Below are positions 37,069-50,000 of a DNA stretch of 64,000 bases, one piece after another. This stretch comes from Ophelia neglecta (lineage: Eukaryota): contig OZ260662.1 of NCBI GenBank assembly GCA_965285935.1, positions 24,738,001 through 24,802,000 of the forward strand, read 5' to 3'. The notes under the pieces were generated by a model, which saw only the letters and a list, made by a program, of their open reading frames with translations, searched no databases and was not told the origin of the DNA. Made by a program: the position numbers and the translations under genes. Positions within the stretch are counted from its first letter, which is position 1. Every line of letters starts with the position of its first letter.

Positions 37069-40060
37069 TAATTTTAATCAAAACATGGTAATGTAGCCTA
37101 CACAAAGGAGTGTATTAAACGAAATGCAAATCGTTTCTCGAAAGTGTTTGGATGAACTGGATAACTATTTTATCAAAACAAGGCATAGGTTTGGAATATC
37201 AGAGCCAGCGATACATCGTTGATAGGTCTATGCGATAATTCGGGGTTAAATAAAACAGCGTCCATTTTAGCCATCTCGGATCACAATCAAGCAGTCTCCT
37301 CGGATTGCTGGCCAAATGTATGCAAGCTCGTCTCTTACGCGCTTCTACCCCACTAAGCAATAGTACCCTGGTGTTTAGCAGTCGGTGTCCTTGAAACCGC
37401 TTCTACCATTTAACCGAATTAACTAATATTTGAGTAAGGTTGGTTGCTTTGGGTGCAGACGTTACCCGTAAATAACATTCCATTCATGTATTCTAACGTA
37501 TTTTGAGAGTCTTGATTGTAGTAACGTATCAGCTCATATAACAGGTCCATTAAGGATATTTGTTGCTAGTCAATCTGGGTTTGTTAATAAGCCGTGCTAC
37601 ATTCAGAGATGTCTAAATTTGCTTACCTGATCGATGACATTTATGTTGTTCTCTTTAATAGAAACATTCTTTCAGACGTTAAAGAAAATGCTCTTTATTT
37701 CAGGATTTGGCGGCAATATTACTGTGCATTGTTTTTTTTTCCATTTATTAAATTCGGGCTTCGTCATCTTGCCTCCTGACAATAAAGAACCCAATTATAA
37801 TGAAAAATACTATTTAATCTTATTATAAAAAGTCTTTAGGCCTACCTCTGCTTTTACAAAATATCCCTTAGTTATTACTTGATTGCATAGGAGACCAAGG
37901 GGTTAGAAGCGAATGGGTCTTTCTAGGGAAACATATGGAAAACGCACTCCAAAAAATTTAATTTTCTACCATGAGTTCATATGAATCCACTTGTACCCAC
38001 AAGTACAAAGAAGTAGTTATTATTTACTAAGATCAAGGGGTTTATTTGCATAATGTGGAATCGTGACCACATATGACATCAGTTTTTTGGGGGGTTAAGG
38101 AAACTTATCTTTTTTAACAGCCAAAATGTGTTATAGTAGTCGCGCTGCTTATCCACAGTCAAATAAATATAAACTGGCCTGTTTTGCAGGCAACTTATAA
38201 AGTGAATGGAATCTGCTTCCTTAATGTAGATTTATAACTTTATGTAATTGTTCTTAACAACCTACGCAATGCTGCGAAATTTCGGCAAAACTGGCCTGAG
38301 CGCACATCTAAAGAATTTCCATATAAATCTACACCATTTTATGAGTCGGTCATGGCTATTACAAGCTTTTGTATATTGATTTATATGTATGTAGGACAAG
38401 CACACCCGACTAGACTGACACTGCCCGAACGCTTGTAGTTGATAACCTAAATAGCTATAGTTTTTTCTCCCTATAATCGATTGAAAGTAGTGTCTTTTAA
38501 TCACCGGAAAGCATCAACAAACATTCTTTTTGGAAGGTCGGCTTTTTTCTTTAAATAATATCTTTGAGCCTATTCTCTACACAATCATTTTCCCCCGCAA
38601 TAGTCTTAAGGGAAGGCATCGATACTTACATTTGATTCTGAAGTAATATTTATAAGGCCCATTATATAAACAATTTCCCCCCTACAAGTTCCAAATGTGC
38701 TGCATTGCAAAGGAATCAGTCATACCAAGCAGCATTATCATTTAACACATATATTATAACAACAACAGCGCCTGTTCCATGCATGCTTTAAGAAAGACCT
38801 TGAAGACTGTTTTTATTCGTAAGTTATTTGATCTTAACACATGGCTTCCATCATGATCAGATCATTGATTTTTCTCTGGTTCCCTTCTGTGCGTAAGTAG
38901 TGCCATATGCGGTATACACGCTGTTACCATATGTTATGGATGGGGGCGTATGTTGAGGGAATTGCCAATGCCATGAAGAGAGTTTCCCTTCTTGTAAGTG
39001 TTATTCAGAGTATTTTTTTTTTCTTTTCTTTTTCCCTTTTTCTTCGTTTGACTTGGACTTACTACTTAAACCGTTATTAATTTCTACTTGCCCCAATTCA
39101 ACCACAATATGTACTCAAATATTGCGCTTTGCATTATTGTTATTATTGTATGAATATCTTCTTGAACACTATTTTTGTATGCACACGACCCAGGATTTAG
39201 AAGAGATATTTCTACATATACAGCACTCGCTAGGCTATGAGATTGAATTAAAATTAACAAAGATAATGGTCCTATAATTGGCATAATTCTGCTGCATTTG
39301 CAAAAACCAAACAACGATGGCAAGCGATAAGCCAAATAAACTCCTGATGGAACGTAGTTAAGGGCGTAAAGACAGGATTATAATATAGTCAAATTATTGG
39401 TGTTATCTTGTAGTAGAGTACAGCCCCATTTCGATAACGGGTTTTTCTTGTATTGTAATCTGTCTACGTTTTACAAGGAGAAATTGCAATAGCCCAAACC
39501 AAGCTCATGTAATTTGTATAAAATCTGGATGCTGGTTCTCGTGTGTTTAAAGTGTTATTTCAGTCGCTGGTGTCAGGGAGGATTACTGTTTGAATTACAG
39601 TGCATCAAAGTTCATGACTTGTTATATTACCCTGCAAATTGGTGACCTTTTGATGTGATTGTGGAGAGCACTTTTTGTTTGTTTGTGGACCACCATGGCA
39701 AATTACATTTTTGTTGGTATCACATTAACTTGGTTACATAACGGTGTAATTATCTTTGGTCTGTATGAATATGAGCAGTAGTGTTAATCTTTGATGCTAT
39801 TGTCATTTTTCTCTAGTCAAACACACTTCCGATGTCCCTGCCATTAAAGGTTCCTCTAAACAAATGCATTTTCAACATTCATATCAAATGTTTGCTGTCA
39901 ATCGATGTTGTATATCTAGATACCATGTACTTAAAGGATTATAGAACATTGCAAGTTAGATAATGCCCCGTAATGGATTACAAATAATCTCATGCCCACG
40001 AAAGAAATTGGTAGATTTTTTTTGTAGATTTTCTTAAGCCACCGATACTTTTTAACGAAC

Positions 40061-40517
40061 ACTTTGACATTGAGTGGGATTCAATTAATTTTGCAAATAT
40101 GACGCCCGCGTTCATGTTTTTTAGCTTTCTCAAATCAGATATACTAAGCGATGGCATATATGCCTTTTCACACCTCACCAAAGCCAATTTATGGATCGAA
40201 ATGCGCTTCCTCCGTAAGCTATATAGAACTTATCAAAGGATCGGTGACTTGAGGTTTAGCTTTGGAATATATTTGCTTGTTGATTGCTAACTTTGACATT
40301 GAGTGGGATTCAATTAATTTTGCAAATATGACGCCCGCGTTCATGTTTTTTAGCTTTCTCAAATCAGATATACTAAGCGATGGCATATATGCCTTTTCAC
40401 CACTCACCAAAGCCAATTTATGGATCGAAATGCGCTTCCTCCGTAAGCCATATAGACCTTATCAAAGGATCGGTGACTTGAGGTTTAGCTTTGGAATATA
40501 TTTGCTTGTTGATTGCT
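40061..40517. repeat. Near-perfect 229-bp tandem duplication, possibly within a LINE 3' end
   Basis: Units start at 40061 and 40290 and differ by about 4 substitutions; (C)ACT microhomology at the ends; followed by AAATAAATAAAAAA at about 40564. Confidence 0.92.
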
Positions 40518-41185
40518 CACTGCGTGCGCAAACGATGAACAAACTAACATGTATGCACATGTCAAATAAATAAAAAATGATAAAGGTAAAGTAAATTTAG
40601 CTACCGTGAATATCAATTATAATACCTGAACACTTGCTATTAAATTGTAACGAACCTAACGTGACAAGCATAATTTTTATACTATGCATTCAAATTCGCG
40701 CACATGAATGCATCTATCAAGAAGTATAGTGAATTCACATATTGTCCACACAAGATATGTTAAGAATTCACATTGGTATTTAAACTATAATGCCGATGAT
40801 TTGAACCTGATATTGGACAATTTTGCGTTCTACCAATACGATTTTAGAGATTTGTGGACATATCATAGTTAACTACTTACTTTTGGCGATGCTTGAATTT
40901 CAGGTATTCGTTGGTGTCAGTCGTTTAATGTCAATCCAACACATTCAGCTCGAACTCATATTTCCAGATTAATATTGAACAATTTAGCAATTTTGCAAAT
41001 AAATAACACTTGAGGGAAAATTCGGTTACCCATTCCACGAACAAATGCTCGTCGGAGAATCTGAACATAAAAAATCTCATTTTTTTTATCCATGGCATGT
41101 TTGAGAGTATGATCATTCAATATTTGCCTCATTTGAGACCTCAGCTAATGTAGATTTGGTGAAAACTGTCTTGAGATTGAGACCA

Positions 41186-41714
41186 TTTCCAAATATGAAC
41201 ACTTCCTGTTTGCCAATTTCCAAGATGAGCTGAAGATAATCACCTTTAAGGGGATTATTGTGATGGCTTCCATAAGTCGATGTATTGATATTTCAGGGAT
41301 CTCGTATTTTAGCAAAGCAGATAAATGCCAAAATAAGACACAGCAATTAAAACAGAGATGCATATATTTTTCCAGGGCATTGAACCACCCAAAATAGTCA
41401 TCCTGATTTCGGCCAAGTTGCTATGGCAAGGGGGTTATAAATAATAATTCGACATCACAGAGACAAAAAATTGTCTAAAAACGTACAGACGAGCTGCTCA
41501 TAAAAAATGATTAGGATATGAAGTGGAACGCATTTACTTTGACTTGGGAAATAGCTCAAAGATGAATTAGAACATTTATTTTAACCTTTATTTTAGTGTT
41601 TTTTATTATTTTATTTTACCATAATGTCTTGTGAATTATATTATTTTTTTATCAATGGTTAGAAATGTAGCTCATCTCCGAAATTGGCAAACGGGAAGTA
41701 TTCATATTTGGAAA
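41186..41714. mobile_element. Inverted-repeat (foldback/MITE-like) element
   Basis: 41186-41231 and 41669-41714 are reverse complements at 42 of 46 positions; the true termini may lie further out. Confidence 0.7.
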
Positions 41715-42067
41715 AAGTTAAAATATATTTTAATGGTACATTTAGCGCCATGTAAAACGTGACAGCATTAAATGTAACAAGCGCTAGGTTCGTTTCATTT
41801 TTTTCAAGGCAAGCAATTCATGATGAAAGGGCGATGGCTGATCGTAGCCTAAAGTTAACATTTCTTGGTACATCTCATCAAATCGGAACAGCTTCAGGCG
41901 TGTGGAGTATTTTAACGAACGTGCATTTTGTCATCCTTAGGGGCCGCTAGAGGCAATAACAGTTTTGTATACTCCGAGTGGTTAATCTTAGTCGTTAGGC
42001 CATATAGATATCGGAATTTTACAGGCATTTATAGATTCGACTTGGTGTTAAACGTAAAAAGATTGGA

Positions 42068-42370
42068 TACCCGCCAGACAAAGCAAAAATAACGCCAATG
42101 AAGAATAGTAAATACACATTCGGTGTTAGTTGTGTTAGTTAGCTATTACATCAAGCAGTAGCCAATTGATTAAAAGCTGTCATCATCTTTTTTGTTGAGA
42201 TATAAACAGTTTTTCATGATGCGATGCAAATCGCAAAAGAAACTATTAAGTGGTCGTCCCTGTAAAACATGCTGGCTATACATCACCATCTAGTGATAGA
42301 TAGTGAAATACTGACAGGGATGAAATATGCCCTTGGAGAGTCTATGATAGGCTATGCTCGCTCACAAATA
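42068..42370 (+). mobile_element. Diverged copy of repeat family A
   Basis: TACCCGCCAGACAAAGCAAAAAT at the start and ACAGGGATGAAATATGCCCTTGGAG near 42315, both matching 46763-47070. Confidence 0.6.
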
Positions 42371-45300
42371 AAGGGACTACAGATGAAGTGTTTACCAAGA
42401 AACACAATATAAGTAAAGTATGTAAAAGATCCTTGCACGCTAAAAGAAAAGAATGGTATTACATCAACTCTTAAGTGCATTAACATGTTGACTTTCCAAG
42501 GTGAAAATGCCCGTTTTATTGTGAATTGGAACTTTCATCGGCATCATTTGTATCAGTATGAAGTAGATGCACATGTCCACTAAGTCAAGAAAACGCGGAA
42601 TATATCACCGAAACCAATTGCATTATTTTACTGCGTAGGTGTTAATACATAAGCAACTAAAACCTACACATAAAATGTGCAAAACGATATCAGCAGATCG
42701 TATATTGACTCTGATAAAGCCTGATAGAATCTTCAACAAGATTCAACAAGCCCTTAAGTCGTGTGTCATAGTTAATAGTAAAATTTGTGGAATTATTAGC
42801 TGTAAATTTGGAAAATGCCCGTGTTAATCTTCAGGGTTAAAACTCTATGTCAATGTTAAAATCATAACGATACTTTTGCAAATGCCACAAGTTACGAAGC
42901 ATTGACCCCATATGCTTGGGAAATCGGAATATTATTTTCAGGGAATGAGAAGCTAATTAATGGAAAAGTCATAGAGTTGTGGATTTCCTGTTTTGGTCTT
43001 TAAAGAAATATATATCCAAAAACACCACCCGTTTGGGCTGACAATGGTATTTTTAAGTTATAAGATTGGAGGATAAATTTCACTGACAAATGCTCTCAAG
43101 TATTTGTTATTAAACGAATATAATTCATCTATATGTCGCAAGGACGAAGAAAATTTTCTGACTATCTGCAGCGTCCCACCTTACACCACACAGGTCGAAA
43201 CATCGTATTCCCAAGTGACTACATACATATTCGCAACCAAATGAGCGAGTTGCTCACGATAGGAATATTAATTTAAAAGTTGGCAAAACACCTCATTACC
43301 AACCTGAACAAAGATACTGTCGATGAGGACTTCAACTTGCTCGATAAATAGAAGTGCACTCTTTATGTGGTCTCCTCGAAAAATGGTTGTAAAGCAAGCT
43401 TTCCTACTGCCAACACTGTCAAATGAAAACCTGTTTTACGAAATGTGTTTTGATGAATTCGTTCAGCCGCAACTTTAAAGAAATATTCTGAAGTTGATAT
43501 ATAGTCTTTGAAAAACCTATGTGTATTAAATTAGACCGAGAATTTGAAGATGCTGTAACAGGTGCCTAGCCCATTTAAGAAGCCACATAAGTTTTAAATA
43601 TGATATCGGAAAAACTAGCGCACAATACTTTTCTTAATACGCAATAACATAATGTAAAGCTGTCGGTGCTAAAGATTAATGGTACTGCAAATTTTAGTAC
43701 CTGTTATGAACCTGCATGAATATAGGATTTGTGCATTTTCGGTTGTCGCTACATCAATATCATAAGCTATAATTTTAATGGCAGCAAGGACCGTAGGACA
43801 TTCTGTAATAAAATCCTTAATTCGTTTTTAAATACAATCATAGGTTTAATTGTATTGTTTTTTTCGTAAAGGAAATACGCAATTCGTCAAACAAAAATGT
43901 GAAATAATAAGTTTTGCAAATAAATGCACCGTTATTTGTTGCTTTGTCAACTAGAATAAAGACAAGATGCTAATGAAGAAATGATTAAGAACGTACCTCT
44001 GGATCAGCTAGAACTGAAGCAGGAGCTTGGACAATTGTTTTACGCAAGTTGTTATGGCGTTTCACTACCTCCATTTATTTCATGACATCCAACAGGGAAG
44101 ACTAGTCCGCAGCCTCCCACTTAAACCAATCCAATGAATACTTGTCAAGAGCCCCATATATGACGCTCTGCTTCCCATGAGATTCTTCTTGAGATTCTTC
44201 ATGAAGTCATGACTATCACTAGCAATAAGGCCACATGGCTTGAATCTAAATTTTGGAAAACTGTGTGTTATTGCACAGAGGTCACTGTACCTAATCCCTA
44301 AATTTTTCAGTGAATGAAACCCTTCACTGGCTGAGCAAAATAAAAATCTTATGGGCAGTAGATTTAGTATATGTGTACCGGGTTACAGGTTGAAAGGTGT
44401 TATGAAAGCAGTTAAGTATATGCTTTTACATTTGGCTGGTGCAAAAACGTTAACCGATATAAGGGCCTCTATGTCTTAAGTCAATTTTCAGAAATTGGCC
44501 TATATCTAATTCCTAAGAACCACTTCTTGTAAGTTTATATAATCTGATATTAACAGTGTGTGAGTGACATGAAAAAGTTCCTGTGAGGTATAATGGGTAG
44601 AATGAGTTACAAATGAAAATTGACTGGGTTGTTTTATATTGAATAAAAAATACAAGGGAATTGCATACAAAGTAGTTGGAGCTCTATCTGGTCCTTCAGG
44701 TAAAACCACTCAATGCCTTCATATTAGGAATGGTGACACGCTTGTGCATTGTTTTGTTCGCTTTTGTCAATGATTTCTTGGTGAGCGTTTTGATGGTTAA
44801 GAAGAAATGCAACAATTCAGGCTTGTTGGTGTGAGCTAGACCTATCGCCTACTCCCATAACATGATCAATCAGACTATAAGCCTTCAAGCCTTAACCAGA
44901 GGGTGCTTTATCACAACACTTCCCAATGCAACAACTTTGCTATGCGCAATCGCTAGAGTGTTGTGTGCAAAACAACGACTGATATATTGCTCAAATGAAA
45001 GAAGGAAGGGCCTGTATTGCATGTTGTTGAAAATGTTTCCCTCTTCTGTATGGCCAAGCTAGGTGCTTGTTCCTGACAATGATACTGACGTGGAATTACT
45101 AATATAGCGGTGAATTGCTTAACAGATGCATGTAGTTTGGAATAATTCACGGGTATCTTCCATTGCCAATAAAACATCAAAGACAGGTACATTTGTCTGG
45201 CAGCAGGTAGGTGAAAGACTATCATAACTGTTTGCCGATGATGCTTTGCTCGTGTACATCAGAAGGTAATTATCTCCCCATAAGGGCTGGCTGTTTAAAT

Positions 45301-46762
45301 GATACGCGAATGATACAGTACATATTTCCGAAAATCCGTGGTGTGTCTGATATTAGTTTTCAACCGCCAAAGAGATTTCTGATAATCATAAGGTTTAATG
45401 ACACACCTTTTTGTTTTCTAATTAAATTTATCAATAACATTATGATGGCGATTTAGATATAGCGCTTTATATTTGTCAGCCAATGCTATTAATTAAATAG
45501 AAATTACACTGCACGTCATATCTGTACATGCTTGTTGGTCTGGGTCCTATGGTAAACAGGTTCTTGCATTCATCAACGTTGATCTATCAAGAGAACTATC
45601 GGGAAGAGTGCACAAAGACATGTTTAACCTATACTTCAACGTTTTGTCTATCACCCCAACACGTCTTAATCGTATTGCTGGGAGTTGTGTGCTCATTTCG
45701 TGATATGTGACTTCGATTAAATGCATTTCATGAAATGCATGAAATTGCTTAACGACGAATATGATATGCTACATTCATTTAGGCAAATGTTGTCTGAAGT
45801 GAAGTCTGCATAGACGTCCATAACGGCGTTCATAGAACTAGTGAAAATATAGTTGCTATTATGCCCTCCAGATGACGAGTTGTCATTTGTATTGGTTTAG
45901 TTTATTATTCTATTTCCCTTTGTCAAAATATGTATAACTTCGACATATAAGACCAACATATGAGATATGTCCATACGTGGGAAATCGTGAATTGTCATAA
46001 TTAGTTAGAGGGTTTCCAAAAGAGTATTAAAGATATAAAAGATATAATTTTATCCCTCCTTTGCCTTACCTGTCTTCTTTACTTCTAAATTGCGTATGTT
46101 CTAGTGACACACAGCACTGCCGATCGAAGTATTAAGCAATTTAGATTTACACCAGTGGATAAATTCAAAAGAAGGAAGCATAATATTCTTTTACCATGGT
46201 ATTGTTTTATGTTGTTTTAATTTTAAGCATATATATATATATATATTCGATTTTTTTTCTGTCTGTAAAATCAAAATACGGGTACGGACGAATGATATCG
46301 CCCCTTAAACATAATTTGCCTTCTCTTTGGTTTACAGATGTTTCTGTTGTGAGCGATCTATCATCGGGAAACGGCCACGTGTGCAAAGGGACAAATTTGA
46401 TGTGTTTTATAAATTTATTTCAGAGTCTAACCACATTCAAGCCTGTTTTCGTCAATCGTTTAGACCTTTTAAGATGCATTAAAGCTAAAAAGTTATTTCA
46501 GTGTCAGATGTATTGACCCATTTGTATTTTTATCCAACGTGATGCTTGTTTTTTTAAATTCTACAACGTTGCAAGGCTGGCCTTGGATCAGATATGAATT
46601 TGCGTTGATTGGTGACAGCACCTGCCAACTTGTCAAGGATAATATCTGAATTGTTATATAACAATTGACATTTTGTGACGATGTCTGTGAAATGACGGTG
46701 GGAAAATGAAGTCAACATTTTGCCATCATAACGGTCTGTCATATCATAAAAACGGGGGTGAC

Positions 46763-47070
46763 TACCCGGCAGACAAAGCTAAATCATAGTCGAGAATAGT
46801 CCATTGAATCGGCCCGTTATCAGCAGGAACCGCCAGCCACGGCCCCACTCACATCCATAAATAATCCCCAGCTCCCTAACAGTACATAAACTAATGAAAA
46901 TGAAGGTTAATGAAAAAATAAATTTAATATCACCTGCAATGAGAAGAGGTCACCAATTTTACATTATGCGAGTCAGAATACAAAACAAACGAGTCAGTGG
47001 TCAACGTAGGACAGAGATAATATATGCCCTTGGAGGTACTGGGATGGTCTACGCCCTCTCAAAATATTAA
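46763..47070 (+). mobile_element. Most complete copy of dispersed repeat family A
   Basis: TACCCGGCAGACAAAGCTAAAT...ATCAGCAGGAACCGCCAGCCACGGCCCC...ACAAACGAGTCAGTGGTCAACGTAGGACAGAG...ATATGCCCTTGGAG. Confidence 0.75.
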
Positions 47071-50000
47071 AACTGGTGATGATATTGTGAAATATGCCTG
47101 GCTGGCCCTGCCGTTTACGGGGAGCGACTTGCAACCGGGGCCAGTGTAGGGCTATTAATTTAATCGCCCACAGCGGAGCGTCGGATACCGGGACAGCTAT
47201 AAACACTGGAGAAGTGAAGGATGTAATAGGCCCTTGCATATTTAAGTGGAAAAGAATATTAAATTTCTGACAGTGCAGTATATGTAAAATACTTAAAGTG
47301 AACTAGTAACGCCTTACAGTGACTGAACACGCATATGTATGGCTATATCGATGTGTCAGTCCCAGTGAATAGATTGTCAAACTCTTTCGTTTTATTGAGG
47401 ATTGATATAAAGATAACCAGCCGACAAACCAGCCTGACAGTCAAAGCTCTAAAACCCTATATGGTAACACAGAAGTAGCCCCAAGGTTGGCTATGCTTCA
47501 AATCAAAGATACTGGTTAACGAATGCCGAGAACTAAAGTGCGCTAGGTATACTCAGCTCGAATAAAGGCAATCTTTAGTTTGCTAAAACAAAATTGGGTT
47601 GAATTCTAACCGTTTAATCAAGTCTACGGCCTAAATTTTGACAGTGAACAAAAATCTATGAATGTCAAGCCTAAAGTTCCCAATAAAATACCTAAATGTC
47701 GTATCTACCATAGACACCCTAATATGTGTTATAAACTGAGCACAATCGTGCACACTACTTGAAATAAGCAAATCATGTTTGTTCTTTTGAAATTCGGACA
47801 TGAGTGACAGTAATCAGCTGAAAATTACAATGAATTGCACAATACTGTCAATGGCCAAAAGTGACCTTTGAAAGGAGTAAGTTTTTTAATTACAACTAGC
47901 TAAACATACAAATTCAAACAACCAGCATGAACAAACATATTCCAGGAAACCAGTATCTCATACTTTGGAAACGGGTTGAAAGGGGTAATATTCTTATTTC
48001 TAAAAGGAGGCCGTCTCGGGAAAAGGGAGAAAGGGATTTAAGGGCGATTCTTAAAAAAAAAAAACCGCGAGCATTGTCGCAAAACTATAAATACAGAGAC
48101 CAATCAACAACATATTCCCCCAAAACATCCGGACCACCCCTAGAAACTACATAGAACCGAAAACAACAACGCCAAATTCTTTATTACTTCTGCACTTCCT
48201 TTATAATGCAGGTGGCCTATTCTGGTTTACTGGTTGTTTATCCATGTCATAAACAAACGCCTATTCGGGCGCAAAGCAATGTCTTAGGAATGCATTCCAT
48301 ATGCATATATGGTAAGGTTTGACGACAAAAATACCGCCCTAATGATATAAGAAATGTTGTATATCGGGCATGTAAAATAAAACAGTTACTCATTACATTG
48401 CAAAGCACTCTAGCTTAATGGATTGCCTCATGTTATTTGCTCATACACAGAGCCACTTCACTACATCCTTTATGAGTTTTACATTCATGAATCACATTGC
48501 CCCAAGAACAATTGATCATGAGAACTGTTTTAAAATATCGAATACGTGTACTTGTATGCATAACCATGAATTCCTTGTTTGCCTCGGATCCTTAAAGATT
48601 AAACCTGTTATACATTTACTACGGAACTGGACTTCGGCTTGCAAACGTAAATGTTTGACGAAAATATTGTGAAAATGTGACAATCAAAATATTTGAGTTA
48701 TTGTTGATTGAACCTCGTTAATATATTATTGTCATTGTTTCCATTTCTCTTCTCTCCCCAACTTATCGTCAATTTCACGGGCTCAAGTACTGGGCTGAAA
48801 GACCACCATTCAACATTTTGCCAATCGTTCATGTCCATGTTGTCCTAGACAGTCACAAAACGTAAACAATAGTGTCTTAGAAATAAAAATATCAGAGAGG
48901 ATTTGATATTTCAATATATTCGGCGTGCCCACAAAATGCATTTGCGACTGTTTATCAACGAAATGTAATCCACAGGACAAAGGCCACATTGTAAATCAAT
49001 ATATACTTACTATCTTATTACTATTATGAATAATATAAATGTAGACTTACAATAAAGATCAGACCCACAGTAACCTGATACCTATATCGATATGGGTTGT
49101 GTGTCGAGGCCAAGTTCTGCCTGGTCACCCGTTGGTTTCAAGTTACAGCATTGGGACCCTATATAGCTCCTTCATTTGAATGATAAACACCTTTTAAAAT
49201 GATAAAATATTTTATGCAATGCTTTAACACTGTCGACATTTTATTCGATTTTCCACATTGTTTGTTTAGCCCTGGTAGGTCTGCATGTACCAGATAAGCT
49301 TGCCGGCTTAGTCTATAGCAAAAATTAATGTCATTACTCTTAAGTCGCTGACAGCTATATTATGGTTTAGAGGAATTTTTGGCGTCTATAATAATGAGTA
49401 CGGTTTAGGAGACAAAATTGTTTATTTCATTATTCATATTGGTAGTTTATCGGTTTCAACTTCACAACCATGTGTTTACCCCCTGCTTCCATATTGCAAA
49501 GAAAAAGGACCTAGGTCACCCGCCAAAAAAGCCAACTACCAGAAGACATGCATAACATTCAAGCATTTGACGCACATATTAGAAAACATTATGAACACAT
49601 CATATGCTTGCTAAGTACCTCAGTATTATTTCCCATCTATGGCCAGGTTCATTGCATCACCTGCCACAGATTTGGAACCCGTTTCTAGTGTGAACAGTGT
49701 GATATTATCACGTTTTTATTGGCATTCAATTGTACTTACCAAAGATGAAGTGCAGGTGGGCAGTTGGTTTGAGTTCATGGTACCATTCGTATATTTGGCC
49801 GGCTTAACGACATGGCTTAAAGCCTTGTGCTAATATGGAATCAGGATGATGGCCGCTTTGCTTACTGTCTAAAGGAGATTTGCCTCTCTGTTCGTTCCGC
49901 CATTTGCCCAACAAAACTCATATTTTTATGGCTGTCAACCTTCGGTGCTATGTAATGAATTTTTGTGACATTTTCCTACCGTCTGTTATAGACCTGAGCA

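Noticed and set aside
30501-42295. CTCF-like motifs near 30501, 41942 and 42284
   Set aside because: Partial matches expected by chance.
49740-49868. Minus-strand exon with a strong GTAAGT donor (EWYHELKPT resembles GST)
   Set aside because: All three frames contain stops and no partner exons were found; the plus strand here reads as Sushi remnant.
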